Source: a virus. From it: a stretch of 41,983 nt of DNA. Made by a program: the position numbers and the translations under genes. The stretch lies in the IMG/VR virus record IMGVR_UViG_3300045988_031699. The stretch is one strand, 5' to 3'. A model generated the notes under the pieces. The model had not been told where the DNA came from. It did not search any database and saw nothing but the letters and a program-made list of their open reading frames with translations. Shown here piece after piece: positions 31,537 to 39,456 of this stretch. Within the stretch, counting starts at the first letter, position 1. Each line of letters begins with the position of its first letter.

Positions 31537-31792
31537 GCGTGCAACATAGGCTTTCCGCGACTGTTGGTACTGCACATAGGTCTTGCACCTTTGCCGCGCC
31601 GTAGCTTGCGGAACGCAGCGACCTTGCCGTATTGACTTGTCAGGCCAAGTTTGCGGCTGGCTATGCAGCATATAAAATGCCGGTCTTTCCCGGCTGTCAG
31701 TATCGAGAATAGGAGGTTTTGCTATGGACTGTAATGTACCCTCTTTACAGTTTCCAGCATATTCATAATACCACTTGACAACGTCCCCACAG

Positions 31793-32182
31793 TTACCCTT
31801 TTTTCTTGTCCAAAAGCCAGAAAAATTTTCTTCTGCTTTCGTAAAACTGCCGCCTGCCGCAATACACAGGCTGGTATTCGTAAGCCGTTCCCTCTGTTAC
31901 GTTTTTCAACAGAGCGCACCAGTTTAAAGGGTCTGCTTCTCTTGCCGCGTCCTCAATGATTCGGACATCTGTGCTTAACTTTAGCGCTCTGTCCGCCTTT
32001 CTAGCTGTTGGGTCTGCCTTTCCGTTTCCGTGCGGCAAACCGTCATTTGAAACCGCATCAAGCCCTCTTGCACTAGCAATTTCTAACCGCATTTCAGCGT
32101 ATCTTTTGCAAAAGTGCTTTAATTCAAGGTATCTTTCTTTTGAAATTCCATATTCATCTAGGTTAAGCGGTCTTTCTCTCAT
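31793..32182 (-). CDS. Putative late-gene regulator (RinA/ArpU/sigma region-4-like small activator; tentative)
   Basis: 129 aa, last gene before the packaging/late region. LELKHFCKRY...GLPHGNGKADPT...and C-terminal ...RRQFYESRRKFFWLLDKKK resemble such regulators from memory. Confidence 0.45.
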   Translation of the reverse strand: MRERPLNLDEYGISKERYLELKHFCKRYAEMRLEIASARGLDAVSNDGLPHGNGKADPTARKADRALKLSTDVRIIEDAAREADPLNWCALLKNVTEGTAYEYQPVYCGRRQFYESRRKFFWLLDKKKG

Positions 32183-32300
32183 TTTTGCTCCTTTCTTCCA
32201 TTTTCATGCAGCGCGGCAACGTGCAAATATTGTCATTCTTCCACTCGCACGTCGCGCAAAGATGTTTGCGGGCGTATTCATCTAGTTGCTGTTTTGTCAT
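32163..32300 (-). CDS. Possible 45-aa Cys-rich protein
   Basis: Not in the ORF track. ATG 32300 behind CCCCCGGAGGTG. MTKQQLDEYARKHLCATCEWKNDNICTLPRCMKMEE... (CxxC...C...C). Confidence 0.35.
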   Translation of the reverse strand: MTKQQLDEYARKHLCATCEWKNDNICTLPRCMKMEERSKNERKTA

Positions 32301-32323
32301 GTGGCCACCTCCGGGGGTAGAAA

Positions 32324-32524
32324 TCATTTTAGAAGCCTCCTTATGATTCTATAACATGCGATGCCGATGCGGGTTACAACCAGCAGCGGCCAGAACACAA
32401 GGACAATAACGTTGTCTGCGCCATCTACGGTGTCCAATCGGTCTGTGCGGTTGATGTACAGGACGGCGAGCAGGCCGCACAGGTCGTAAACACAGACGGC
32501 GGCGATAACAAGGATAATGGTCAT
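32324..32524 (-). CDS. Small two-TM membrane protein
   Basis: ATG 32524 behind CCCCCCGGAGGTG. MTIILVIAAVCVYDLCGLLAVLYI...VIVLVFWPLLVVTRIGIACY. Confidence 0.45.
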   Translation of the reverse strand: MTIILVIAAVCVYDLCGLLAVLYINRTDRLDTVDGADNVIVLVFWPLLVVTRIGIACYRIIRRLLK

Positions 32525-32584
32525 GGGGTCACCTCCGGGGGGTGTAGATCGGCAGTTCTGTCCATGTTGTAACACCTGTTTAAT

Positions 32585-33034
32585 TCAAGCATAATGTTCT
32601 CCGTTGTATATAACCAGCATAGACGGAAAAGGCGCTGGTGGATACCTGTTTCCGTTATCGTCCTCAAAACGCAGTCTTCCGCGCAGAAAACGGATTTCAG
32701 CTTTTCCGTACACATAATCGTGGAAATATGACGTATCAGTTCTCGCGGGTATCAATAGGACTATTTTTGTTCCGCTCCGCGATTCTTCGTAGGCTTTGCG
32801 CACCCATAGACCAATCATTCTGCCGTATGGAGGATTGCAAAACACACTTCCTGATTCAACGCTCCACGGCATTTTCAGACCATCTGTTTCCGGCGTGTAA
32901 AACCGATTGCACTTTGCGCTTTTCTCGGTTGCCGCTGCATCCAGAACGAAATGAAATTCCTCGTTTAACTTGTCAAAAAAGTCCTGCGGTGTGCAGTAAT
33001 CCATTTTTTTGCTGCTTAAAAGTGCGTCGTTCAT
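32585..33034 (-). CDS. Phage N6-adenine DNA methyltransferase (Dam, phage-type)
   Basis: DYCTPQDFFDKLNEEFHFVLDAAA...DGL...VFCNPPYGR is the classic phage Dam (NPPY) layout. Confidence 0.85.
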   Translation of the reverse strand: MNDALLSSKKMDYCTPQDFFDKLNEEFHFVLDAAATEKSAKCNRFYTPETDGLKMPWSVESGSVFCNPPYGRMIGLWVRKAYEESRSGTKIVLLIPARTDTSYFHDYVYGKAEIRFLRGRLRFEDDNGNRYPPAPFPSMLVIYNGEHYA

Positions 33035-33082
33035 TTTGTGTTCTTCCTTTCAGCCGGCGGTCTGTCTTTAACGCTTACCCAG

Positions 33083-33355
33083 TTAGTCATCTGCGTTCAC
33101 CATCCTTTTGCCGCAGTGCGGGCAAAAATTATAAGCAGCGAAAGAAATTGCATTACAGGCTGAACATACAACATTTGTGCTCCCGGCGCTATCGCTTATC
33201 CAATGCGCAGTAGGTCGCAGGGATTCTGGGTCTATGGTCGGCATAATGTCAATTTCGTAAATTACGACCGCGTCAAACTCGCCGCATTCCGGCGCGTTTG
33301 GAAAACACACCTTCACGGCGCGTTTCTTTAATTCATCTGCATCAATCAGTCGCAT
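33083..33355 (-). CDS. Hypothetical protein with C-terminal zinc ribbon (MRLIDADEL-type phage protein)
   Basis: N-terminus MRLIDADELKK. C-terminus CSACN...CPHCG. Confidence 0.55.
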   Translation of the reverse strand: MRLIDADELKKRAVKVCFPNAPECGEFDAVVIYEIDIMPTIDPESLRPTAHWISDSAGSTNVVCSACNAISFAAYNFCPHCGKRMVNADD

Positions 33356-33707
33356 GGCTATCTCTCACTTTCTCAAAATAGAATTTGATCGCTTTCGGAT
33401 TTTCCAGCACATTGCCGTAAACGACGCCGACCTTGTAAATGTAGTTCTCTTGCAGTTTTCGCGGAATCTCTGCAATGTATCGTCTGAATGTTTCAAGGTC
33501 GTGTGCGCGTTTGTAATGGTTGCACATACGGCAGGACGGCATAAGGTTTTCAATGCCGTCCGTGCCGGAATCCTCTGGGTTCCACGCCCTCTGCGGCTTG
33601 AAGTGGTCTACCTGCATATTATTGTAGGCAATGTGGCGGCCACAGTAAGCGCAATGACCGTCAAATTTCTTGTACACCGCAACGCGGGTCTTTTTACTGA
33701 TTGCCAT
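33342..33707 (-). CDS. HNH endonuclease
   Basis: CAYCGRHIAYNNMQVDHFKPQ...MPSCRMCNHYKRAH. Confidence 0.85.
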   Translation of the reverse strand: MAISKKTRVAVYKKFDGHCAYCGRHIAYNNMQVDHFKPQRAWNPEDSGTDGIENLMPSCRMCNHYKRAHDLETFRRYIAEIPRKLQENYIYKVGVVYGNVLENPKAIKFYFEKVRDSHATD

Positions 33708-33763
33708 TTATTCATCCTCGCTGTATGTCGTGATTTTATTGTGGATTGCTTCTTGAAGTTGTG

Positions 33764-34351
33764 TCATTCTGCTACCTCCTCTACAAACGCCATACTCTGG
33801 CGCAGATTGAGCGATTTTGGATTTAGAATACAAGCCGGGGCGACAGCCCCGTCGTAGTACGCATAGTAGTAGTCCAACCGGTCATCCTGGCTTACACCGC
33901 GAACGTATCGCGTTTTGCCCGTGTCAGAATCCTTATCGCCGCAGTACCACGGTGTGGCAGTCCAAATCCATCTGTCGTAGTGCGGGATGTAGTCACGGTA
34001 CTTGCGGTACTCATCACACGTGAGGATAAAAACAAAGTCCTGTACAGTGCCATAAGCTCTGTCTCCGTTGTCGGCAACAAGGTCAACGTTATGTCTCAGC
34101 AGACTTTTTCTATCGAAAACAGCGTTCGCCATATCAGATAGAATTCCCCGCACATTACTTGTGCGGTAGTTATTCCAGTTGCCCCTTTCGTCTGCAAATT
34201 TATCACTTGGACAGAATTTTACGTCTTTTGCCCACGTCTTTGCCATAATTGCCAGCACACCGCCGTCAGGGTGGTTCGGGTCAAGGCAGACCCACTCGAA
34301 ATTTTTGAACATGAAGTGTTCGCCGGTGCGCAGGGCTGTGATGTTAGTCAT
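33764..34351 (-). CDS. Hypothetical early protein, DUF6273-like (tentative)
   Basis: FVFILTCDEYRKY...RWIWTATPWYC...YDGAVAPACILNP resembles the FLLS..E / WWLRS / GVRPA signature. Confidence 0.45.
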   Translation of the reverse strand: MTNITALRTGEHFMFKNFEWVCLDPNHPDGGVLAIMAKTWAKDVKFCPSDKFADERGNWNNYRTSNVRGILSDMANAVFDRKSLLRHNVDLVADNGDRAYGTVQDFVFILTCDEYRKYRDYIPHYDRWIWTATPWYCGDKDSDTGKTRYVRGVSQDDRLDYYYAYYDGAVAPACILNPKSLNLRQSMAFVEEVAE

Positions 34352-34748
34352 TGTCGGTTACCTCCGTGAGCCAGTATTTCTTCCTACAATCGGAACAGCT
34401 ATACATTCCGGTTTTTAGCGCCTCACATTTGTCGTCTTCTTTACTATTTGTGTCAATTTTACACGGGTCAATAACGAGAACCCCATCTTTGTTAAGTTGT
34501 GCATTAGGGAATTGTTTAAGAAACTCGCTCTGGCGTGTCTTGATAGGGTGCTCATTTGCCCAGTAAATTACGCGGTCAATATGCGTTTCGATTGTGTCTA
34601 TGTCGGTATTTGTCATTGCGGATGTAGCAAGCCAGCAACGGTGCCTCAGTCCATCGTACAGAGGGCAGGCCGCGCACCCGTCCTTTCCGAGAATCATCGT
34701 TCGGCACATGCGAATGCGTGCCTTTTCGTACTCTAATGCGTCCATCAC
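34344..34748 (-). CDS. Cys-rich early protein, paralog 2
   Basis: Shares A.E.YK...RMC...C..CPLY...WA.EHP.KTR.SEF.K.FPNA...C..C..KYW..EV with 34745-35110. Confidence 0.55.
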   Translation of the reverse strand: MMDALEYEKARIRMCRTMILGKDGCAACPLYDGLRHRCWLATSAMTNTDIDTIETHIDRVIYWANEHPIKTRQSEFLKQFPNAQLNKDGVLVIDPCKIDTNSKEDDKCEALKTGMYSCSDCRKKYWLTEVTDND

Positions 34749-35110
34749 TCATCAACCTCTTCGTTCCAGTATTTGTATCTGCACTTCTCGCACATTTCTT
34801 CAGATGGCACGCTTACCTCGCACGCCTTCTTTTTGTCAAAATGCGCAGTGCAAAAAGTGGTTGTAATACTGTACATGTTCGCATTCGGGAACATTTTTTG
34901 AAATTCACTTTTTCGTGTTTTTACGGGGTGGCCTTTTGCCCATTGTTCAACGATGCTTTTAACTTTGGAAGCCTTCTCATCTGTGATGTGCAATAGTACA
35001 TCACAAACACTTCCCATTTCGCTGAAATTATTATATAGAGGGCATTTTTCACACATTTCACCACTGTAACACATGCGCTTCATTGATTTGTAAAATTCAA
35101 CTGCGTCCAT
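34745..35110 (-). CDS. Cys-rich early protein, paralog 1
   Basis: MDAVEFYKSMKRMCYSGEMCEKCPLYNN...WAKGHPVKTRKSEFQKMFPNA...CEKCRYKYWNEEV. Tandem with paralog 2. Confidence 0.55.
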   Translation of the reverse strand: MDAVEFYKSMKRMCYSGEMCEKCPLYNNFSEMGSVCDVLLHITDEKASKVKSIVEQWAKGHPVKTRKSEFQKMFPNANMYSITTTFCTAHFDKKKACEVSVPSEEMCEKCRYKYWNEEVDE

Positions 35111-35114
35111 AGTC

Positions 35115-35396
35115 TTACTCCTTATCCAGCCCGCGGGCTACATACTGCCCATAGGTCAGGCCAAGGGCGGCGGCTTCGCGGGTACATTGCTCAATGGGCT
35201 TTATGGTTTTCTTCGGGCAGGGATGCGCAGCGGGTTTCTTGCTTTTTTTCAAAACACCGGCATCCCTGCGGCGCTGGTAGGACGCCTGCGCGCTCTTGCT
35301 ATTGCGCTTGCGGATGCAGGAATCGCAATAGCGCTTTGAGGGCTGGACATCCCACATGATTTTCCCGCAGGTCTTGCAGAATTTTGTTGTGGTCAT
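35115..35396 (-). CDS. Hypothetical zinc-ribbon/basic protein
   Basis: CKTCGK...CDSC, basic middle, C-terminal AAALGLTYGQYVA. Confidence 0.5.
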   Translation of the reverse strand: MTTTKFCKTCGKIMWDVQPSKRYCDSCIRKRNSKSAQASYQRRRDAGVLKKSKKPAAHPCPKKTIKPIEQCTREAAALGLTYGQYVARGLDKE

Positions 35397-35722
35397 AGCG
35401 GCTCCTTTGTTTTGGGTGCTTCAATGCCGATGCTTTGCAGAGTTACCTGCGCCCAGAGGTCGGCAAGCTGGTCATTGCGGTACTCATTGTATTTATCAGC
35501 AACGGGGCCTGTCATTGCATCCTGAATCCGTTTCAGGGTGCGTGGAGAAAGACCGACCTGATAGCACGCCAGCAGACACAGATAGGTGGCGCGGGTGGCA
35601 ATGTCGTTGTGCTCTTTCATGACAGCTTCCTGCGCACGGCTCTGGATGCCCTGAATTTTAGATTCTGCATAAGCATCTATGGCTTTTTGCATGGCCGGGG
35701 TGGGATGAAGTCTGGCTTTCAT
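35393..35722 (-). CDS. Hypothetical 109-aa protein
   Basis: Clean ORF, ATGA-type coupling on both sides. Confidence 0.5.
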   Translation of the reverse strand: MKARLHPTPAMQKAIDAYAESKIQGIQSRAQEAVMKEHNDIATRATYLCLLACYQVGLSPRTLKRIQDAMTGPVADKYNEYRNDQLADLWAQVTLQSIGIEAPKTKEPL

Positions 35723-36714
35723 GGGTTCACTTCCTCTAATGTTAAACTTACTTTGTATGTTCCCTTTAAGACTGATACAATAGCAGCCAGCGTTTCAGCC
35801 GTGTATACGCCTTCAACCCGCTGCACGATTTTTTCGCTTTTTGCTTGGGATTTTTCATTTTTTTGTACATCGTCATGTGCCTTTTTAAAATCCATTGCTG
35901 CGGGCGACAAGTTTTCGATATAATACTTGATTTTTTTTACACCGGCGGCATTCGGCGTCGTATTACCATTTATCCAGTAGTACAAAGAGGCTTTATTTAC
36001 CCGAATGCGTTTCGCCATTTCCTGATATGATATGCCCTCATCTAACATGTCATCCTTTACGGACTCTATCAAGGACGCAATGCGTTCGTTTCGTCTCTTT
36101 CCTTTATACAAATCCATTCCCTTAAAAAGCCATCCTTTGTCTACGCCAAGCGCCTTTGCTAATGGGTCGGCCTTGTCAGCGCGGATTTCACTTCTGTTTC
36201 TGAGTGAATATGAAATATAATCGGTGTTTGCGCCCATTTCATAGCTGATAGCGTTTCTGGTCTTCCCGCTGTTTTTGACAGCCCATTCCAGCCGCTCCCA
36301 GAAATCCGGTAAATCCGGCAGTTCCGGCTCCGGCGGCGGGGTGGGCGGCTGCTTTTCCTCCGTCTTGGGCAGACCCAGCAGCCAGCCGACGGTAACGCCC
36401 ATACTGGAAGCCCCTGCAATACGGTTTGCGTTGTAGGCGCTGAGTGTCTTTGCCTTGCCGCTGCACAGCTGGCCTAAGTAGCTGCCACTGATGCCGGTAC
36501 GCTGGGAGAACTGGCTTAAATTCATAGTGCCCATCGCATACTTGACACGTCCCGCCACGCTTGGCAGGTTGGGCAAAACAAGGGTCTGGCAGGGGCCGTC
36601 TTTTTTGTGATTTTCCGCTTCGCTTGCAGTGCGTGTTGGTGAAATTGGTGTGCGATGTGCGGCCTTGGCCTGTTCTTGCATGGATTGCTGGTACTCATAA
36701 ACTTCATCTGTCAT
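35719..36714 (-). CDS. Multi-HTH DNA-binding protein (three HTH-like modules)
   Basis: MNLSQFSQRTGISGSYLGQLCSG; KTRNAISYEMGANTDYISYSLRN; ISYQEMAKRIRVNKASLYYWING. Confidence 0.6.
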   Translation of the reverse strand: MTDEVYEYQQSMQEQAKAAHRTPISPTRTASEAENHKKDGPCQTLVLPNLPSVAGRVKYAMGTMNLSQFSQRTGISGSYLGQLCSGKAKTLSAYNANRIAGASSMGVTVGWLLGLPKTEEKQPPTPPPEPELPDLPDFWERLEWAVKNSGKTRNAISYEMGANTDYISYSLRNRSEIRADKADPLAKALGVDKGWLFKGMDLYKGKRRNERIASLIESVKDDMLDEGISYQEMAKRIRVNKASLYYWINGNTTPNAAGVKKIKYYIENLSPAAMDFKKAHDDVQKNEKSQAKSEKIVQRVEGVYTAETLAAIVSVLKGTYKVSLTLEEVNP

Positions 36715-37103
36715 GTTGTCACATCCTCCATTTCTTCAATGAAAATTTCGGTGCGGGGGTTGGATTTGTCGTACATCACACGGGAGCCGTCCACGCTGGC
36801 AATGATGGTGTTATTGTCGTCTGCAAGGATTTTGGCGGCGACAAGGGTGTCATGGGCAGCTTCCATCAAGTTCGTGAGGTCTACTTTGCGGCGCGTCGGC
36901 ATATAGAATACCGTGGCGACGCGGTAGCGGCCCGACAGCGGGGCTTTCGGCTTTGGGGCGAGATACCACATGGCGGCCTGTTCGTACTTCTTGTACTGCC
37001 TGCTGGGGGCAATGAACGGCTTTCCGGTGCGGTGGTTGGTAAGTATCTGCTGGGAGTTCTTTTTGGTAATAGGGGGCAGGGAGATGATGTATTTTTGGAT
37101 CAC
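36711..37103 (-). CDS. rusA: RusA-family Holliday junction resolvase
   Basis: LPPITKKNSQQI...PSRQYKKYE...VFYMPTRRKVDLTNLMEAAHDTLV...ILADDN pattern. Confidence 0.8.
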   Translation of the reverse strand: MIQKYIISLPPITKKNSQQILTNHRTGKPFIAPSRQYKKYEQAAMWYLAPKPKAPLSGRYRVATVFYMPTRRKVDLTNLMEAAHDTLVAAKILADDNNTIIASVDGSRVMYDKSNPRTEIFIEEMEDVTT

Positions 37104-37144
37104 GGTGCTATCTCCTTTACTTTCGCGTAGTACTTCTCGCTGTA

Positions 37145-37288
37145 CTATATATCCGGCAGGCGAGGATTTTGGGTGTATCCTGCGGTGCGCAGGGCGGCTT
37201 CAGCGTTCCAGCGCGTGGAATACAGGCGCTTGGAGTGGGTGATGTCGCCGGTAGAGCGGGAATAGGTGATGATTTCAAACTTTGGCAT
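37145..37288 (-). CDS. Possible 47-aa ORF
   Basis: ATG 37288. MPKFEIITYSRSTGDITHSKRLYSTRWNAEAALRTAGYTQNPRLPDI. Fills the gap between the loader and rusA genes. Confidence 0.3.
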   Translation of the reverse strand: MPKFEIITYSRSTGDITHSKRLYSTRWNAEAALRTAGYTQNPRLPDI

Positions 37289-37634
37289 GCAGCTTCAACG
37301 CCTCCTGCGTATTTACCTCGTCGCGTTGGATTTTCTGATAAAGCGGTGTGTCAAAGTGCAGGCACGCATGACAGGTGCGAGCAAACAGAACGTCAAACGA
37401 TTCGATTTTGTGCGGGAGAAATTTCTCTGCCGCCGTGCGCAGTTCGGCAACGGTGGGCGGGAATTTCAGTGTGGCGGCCAGATTTGCCGCGCCGCTCTTG
37501 GCCGCTTGCAAGGGGACATCTTTCAGTGCTGTGGCCCAGGCTTTTGTCATTTCGTCCGGGTCTTTTCCGCGCATGAGGTTTGCCCAGTAGTTGGTGCAGG
37601 ACAGCAGAAAGACGGCAGTTTCCTGTTCAGTCAT
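37275..37634 (-). CDS. G39P-like helicase loader (tentative)
   Basis: ...TKAWATALKDVPLQAAKSGAANLAATLKFPPTVAELR resembles loader-and-inhibitor-of-G40P proteins. Follows the replisome organizer. Confidence 0.5.
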   Translation of the reverse strand: MTEQETAVFLLSCTNYWANLMRGKDPDEMTKAWATALKDVPLQAAKSGAANLAATLKFPPTVAELRTAAEKFLPHKIESFDVLFARTCHACLHFDTPLYQKIQRDEVNTQEALKLHAKV

Positions 37635-38406
37635 CGGTGGTCACTCCTTTCGCGAGCTGCTTTAATCGCTCCATTGCGGCTGCGGCGTCTGTCTGGCGTG
37701 GCGTAGTGCGGGTCGCTTTAGCACTGTCGCGCTTTGCCTTGAAAGCTTCCACAGTGTAGATTCCTTCCTGCTCACAGCGTGCCAGGATTTGGGATATGTA
37801 ACTCCAACGCCGGGAGTTATGAACGGCGGCTTCTTCTATTGCCTGACAGATGATGGCGGCTGGAAATTTTTGCAGGGCCGCTTTGATTTCATCGGATACA
37901 GCGCGGGGGATGGAACCACAGTTCTGTTCATAGCACTGAATGCAGTCGGATAAATCCTGGTTATACAGGTCACACCCGGCGCCGCTGGCAGCAGTAGTAG
38001 CTATATATTCTTTACTTCTTACCTTCTTAGTATTAGAGGGTTTGTCGCTCGTTTGTCGCTCGTTTGTCGCTCGTTTGTCGCTTTGTTTGTCGCAAGCCTG
38101 ATAATCAGCGTAATTATTTATCGTGTAGACGGTAAATTTCGACGTTGATTTCTTTGTCACTTCGTTTGTCGAAATTAGCTTACTTAGAGCGGTGCGGATT
38201 TGCCGTGTTGTTAGCCCGAGTTTGACTTCCATTTCCTTTACAGTGGTAACAACTTGACCACGTTCCAAAGGAATGCCGCGATAGAACTTGTCTTCGTAGC
38301 TGGCAATTAGAAGCAGGTGAATGAACACATCTTTGGTGGGGCCATCATCATACCAGCCCCATTCGAGCATTTTTCTGTATAGCTTGATGAAGCCCTCGTT
38401 TGCCAT
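37627..38406 (-). CDS. Replisome organizer (phage rep-org N-terminal domain plus DnaD/DnaB_2 C-terminal domain)
   Basis: GFIKLYRKMLEWGWYDD...TTVKEMEVKLGLTTRQIRTALSKL; C-terminal ...RRWSYISQILARCEQEGIYT. Confidence 0.8.
   Translation of the reverse strand: MANEGFIKLYRKMLEWGWYDDGPTKDVFIHLLLIASYEDKFYRGIPLERGQVVTTVKEMEVKLGLTTRQIRTALSKLISTNEVTKKSTSKFTVYTINNYADYQACDKQSDKRATNERQTSDKPSNTKKVRSKEYIATTAASGAGCDLYNQDLSDCIQCYEQNCGSIPRAVSDEIKAALQKFPAAIICQAIEEAAVHNSRRWSYISQILARCEQEGIYTVEAFKAKRDSAKATRTTPRQTDAAAAMERLKQLAKGVTTDD
38041..38093. repeat. Iterons: TTTGTCGC x5 at 11/11/11/12-bp spacing (putative origin of replication)
   Basis: Copies at 38041, 38052, 38063, 38074 and 38086, inside the linker of the organizer gene and next to the AT-rich stretch 38001-38040. 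Confidence 0.6.
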
Positions 38407-38409
38407 TTT

Positions 38410-38658
38410 TCAACACTCCAAGTAATATTCTGCGACGCGGCACAGTCTGCCGTAACGGTTGCGGCGCTGCACCATGCGGGATGCCACCGGGACGCCCAGG
38501 CGCTTTAGGTCTGTGATGCGGGAGGCAAGGCGGCTGCATCCGAAGTCCTCGAGTGCATCCAGTGCGGTCAATGTGCCGCCGGATTCCAGCACGGCTAAAA
38601 TCTGGTCAAGCTGGCTCGGCTGCTTTCTTTCATTCGTTCTTTCTTTCATGACGCGCAC
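38410..38658 (-). CDS. Small winged-helix DNA-binding protein
   Basis: QLDQILAVLESGGTLTALDALEDFGCSRLASRITDLKRLG. Confidence 0.6.
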   Translation of the reverse strand: MRVMKERTNERKQPSQLDQILAVLESGGTLTALDALEDFGCSRLASRITDLKRLGVPVASRMVQRRNRYGRLCRVAEYYLEC

Positions 38659-38661
38659 CTC

Positions 38662-39126
38662 CTAGAACGGCAAATCCCCCTCATCCTCAATGAGGGCATA
38701 GTCGTCAGACTGGCCGGAAGAATAGGAAACATCGGGCATGCCCTGCGTGCGCTGTAAGGGGGCTGCGGGGCGCTGTGCGGCGTTCTGCGTGGCGAGGCTG
38801 GTACTTTCCTTGCTGCCGCAGAAACTCACGTTCTGAGCCACGATTTCAACGGCTGTGCGGTTCTGACCGTTCTTGTCCTGATACTGGCGCGTCTGCAAGC
38901 GGCCATCAATGGCAATGAGGGCACCTTTTGGGAAGTATTTGCAGATGAACTCTGCGGTCTTGCCCCAGGCGGTGACATCGAGCCAGTTCGTCTGGCTCTG
39001 GCCGCTGGCATCCTTATAGCCGGAATCGTTTGCGATGCGGAATGAACAGACGGACTTTCCGCTGTTCGTGGTTTTGAGTTCCGGGTCTTTGACCATTCGG
39101 CCAATAATAGCAACAACATTCAACAT
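38662..39126 (-). CDS. ssb: Single-stranded DNA-binding protein
   Basis: MLNVVAIIGRMVKDPELKTT...WLDVTAWGKTAEF (OB fold), C-terminal acidic tip DEGDLPF. Confidence 0.9.
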   Translation of the reverse strand: MLNVVAIIGRMVKDPELKTTNSGKSVCSFRIANDSGYKDASGQSQTNWLDVTAWGKTAEFICKYFPKGALIAIDGRLQTRQYQDKNGQNRTAVEIVAQNVSFCGSKESTSLATQNAAQRPAAPLQRTQGMPDVSYSSGQSDDYALIEDEGDLPF

Positions 39127-39129
39127 AGG

Positions 39130-39456
39130 TTAGTCCTCAAAATAGTTTTTGTAAAAGCGGCGGCGGAAGTCGTCATGGTTCCAATGGTAATAGGCTTCTG
39201 CAAGCAGTTGGCCTTGTTTGTGGTAGTGGTCTTGCAGGTCGCCGCTTGAATGAATGGCGGCGTGGCAGGCGGGGCAGACGTTAATCCAGAGGCCCAGTGC
39301 CTTGCTGGCCTTGCGGCGGCTTCCGCCGTAGATTTCATGCCGGGCGGTGTCTCCAAAGCGGTGGCAGTGATAACAGAGGAACGATTCATGCACGAACAGC
39401 GACGGCACGTAGCCGTTCTTGTCCAGCTGGACTCCGTATTCATTGCGGGTCTGCAT
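39130..39456 (-). CDS. Zinc-binding HNH-like phage protein (DUF968/NinG-like; tentative)
   Basis: CYHCHRFGDTARHEIYGGSRRKASKALGLWINVCPACHAAIH. Confidence 0.45.
   Translation of the reverse strand: MQTRNEYGVQLDKNGYVPSLFVHESFLCYHCHRFGDTARHEIYGGSRRKASKALGLWINVCPACHAAIHSSGDLQDHYHKQGQLLAEAYYHWNHDDFRRRFYKNYFED

Noticed and set aside
31711-31768. 14-codon plus-strand ORF behind AGGAGG (ATG 31724), and track ORF 31722-31919
   Set aside because: The first is too short and isolated, and runs opposite to all surrounding transcription. The track ORF overlaps the 3' end of the late-regulator gene in another frame.
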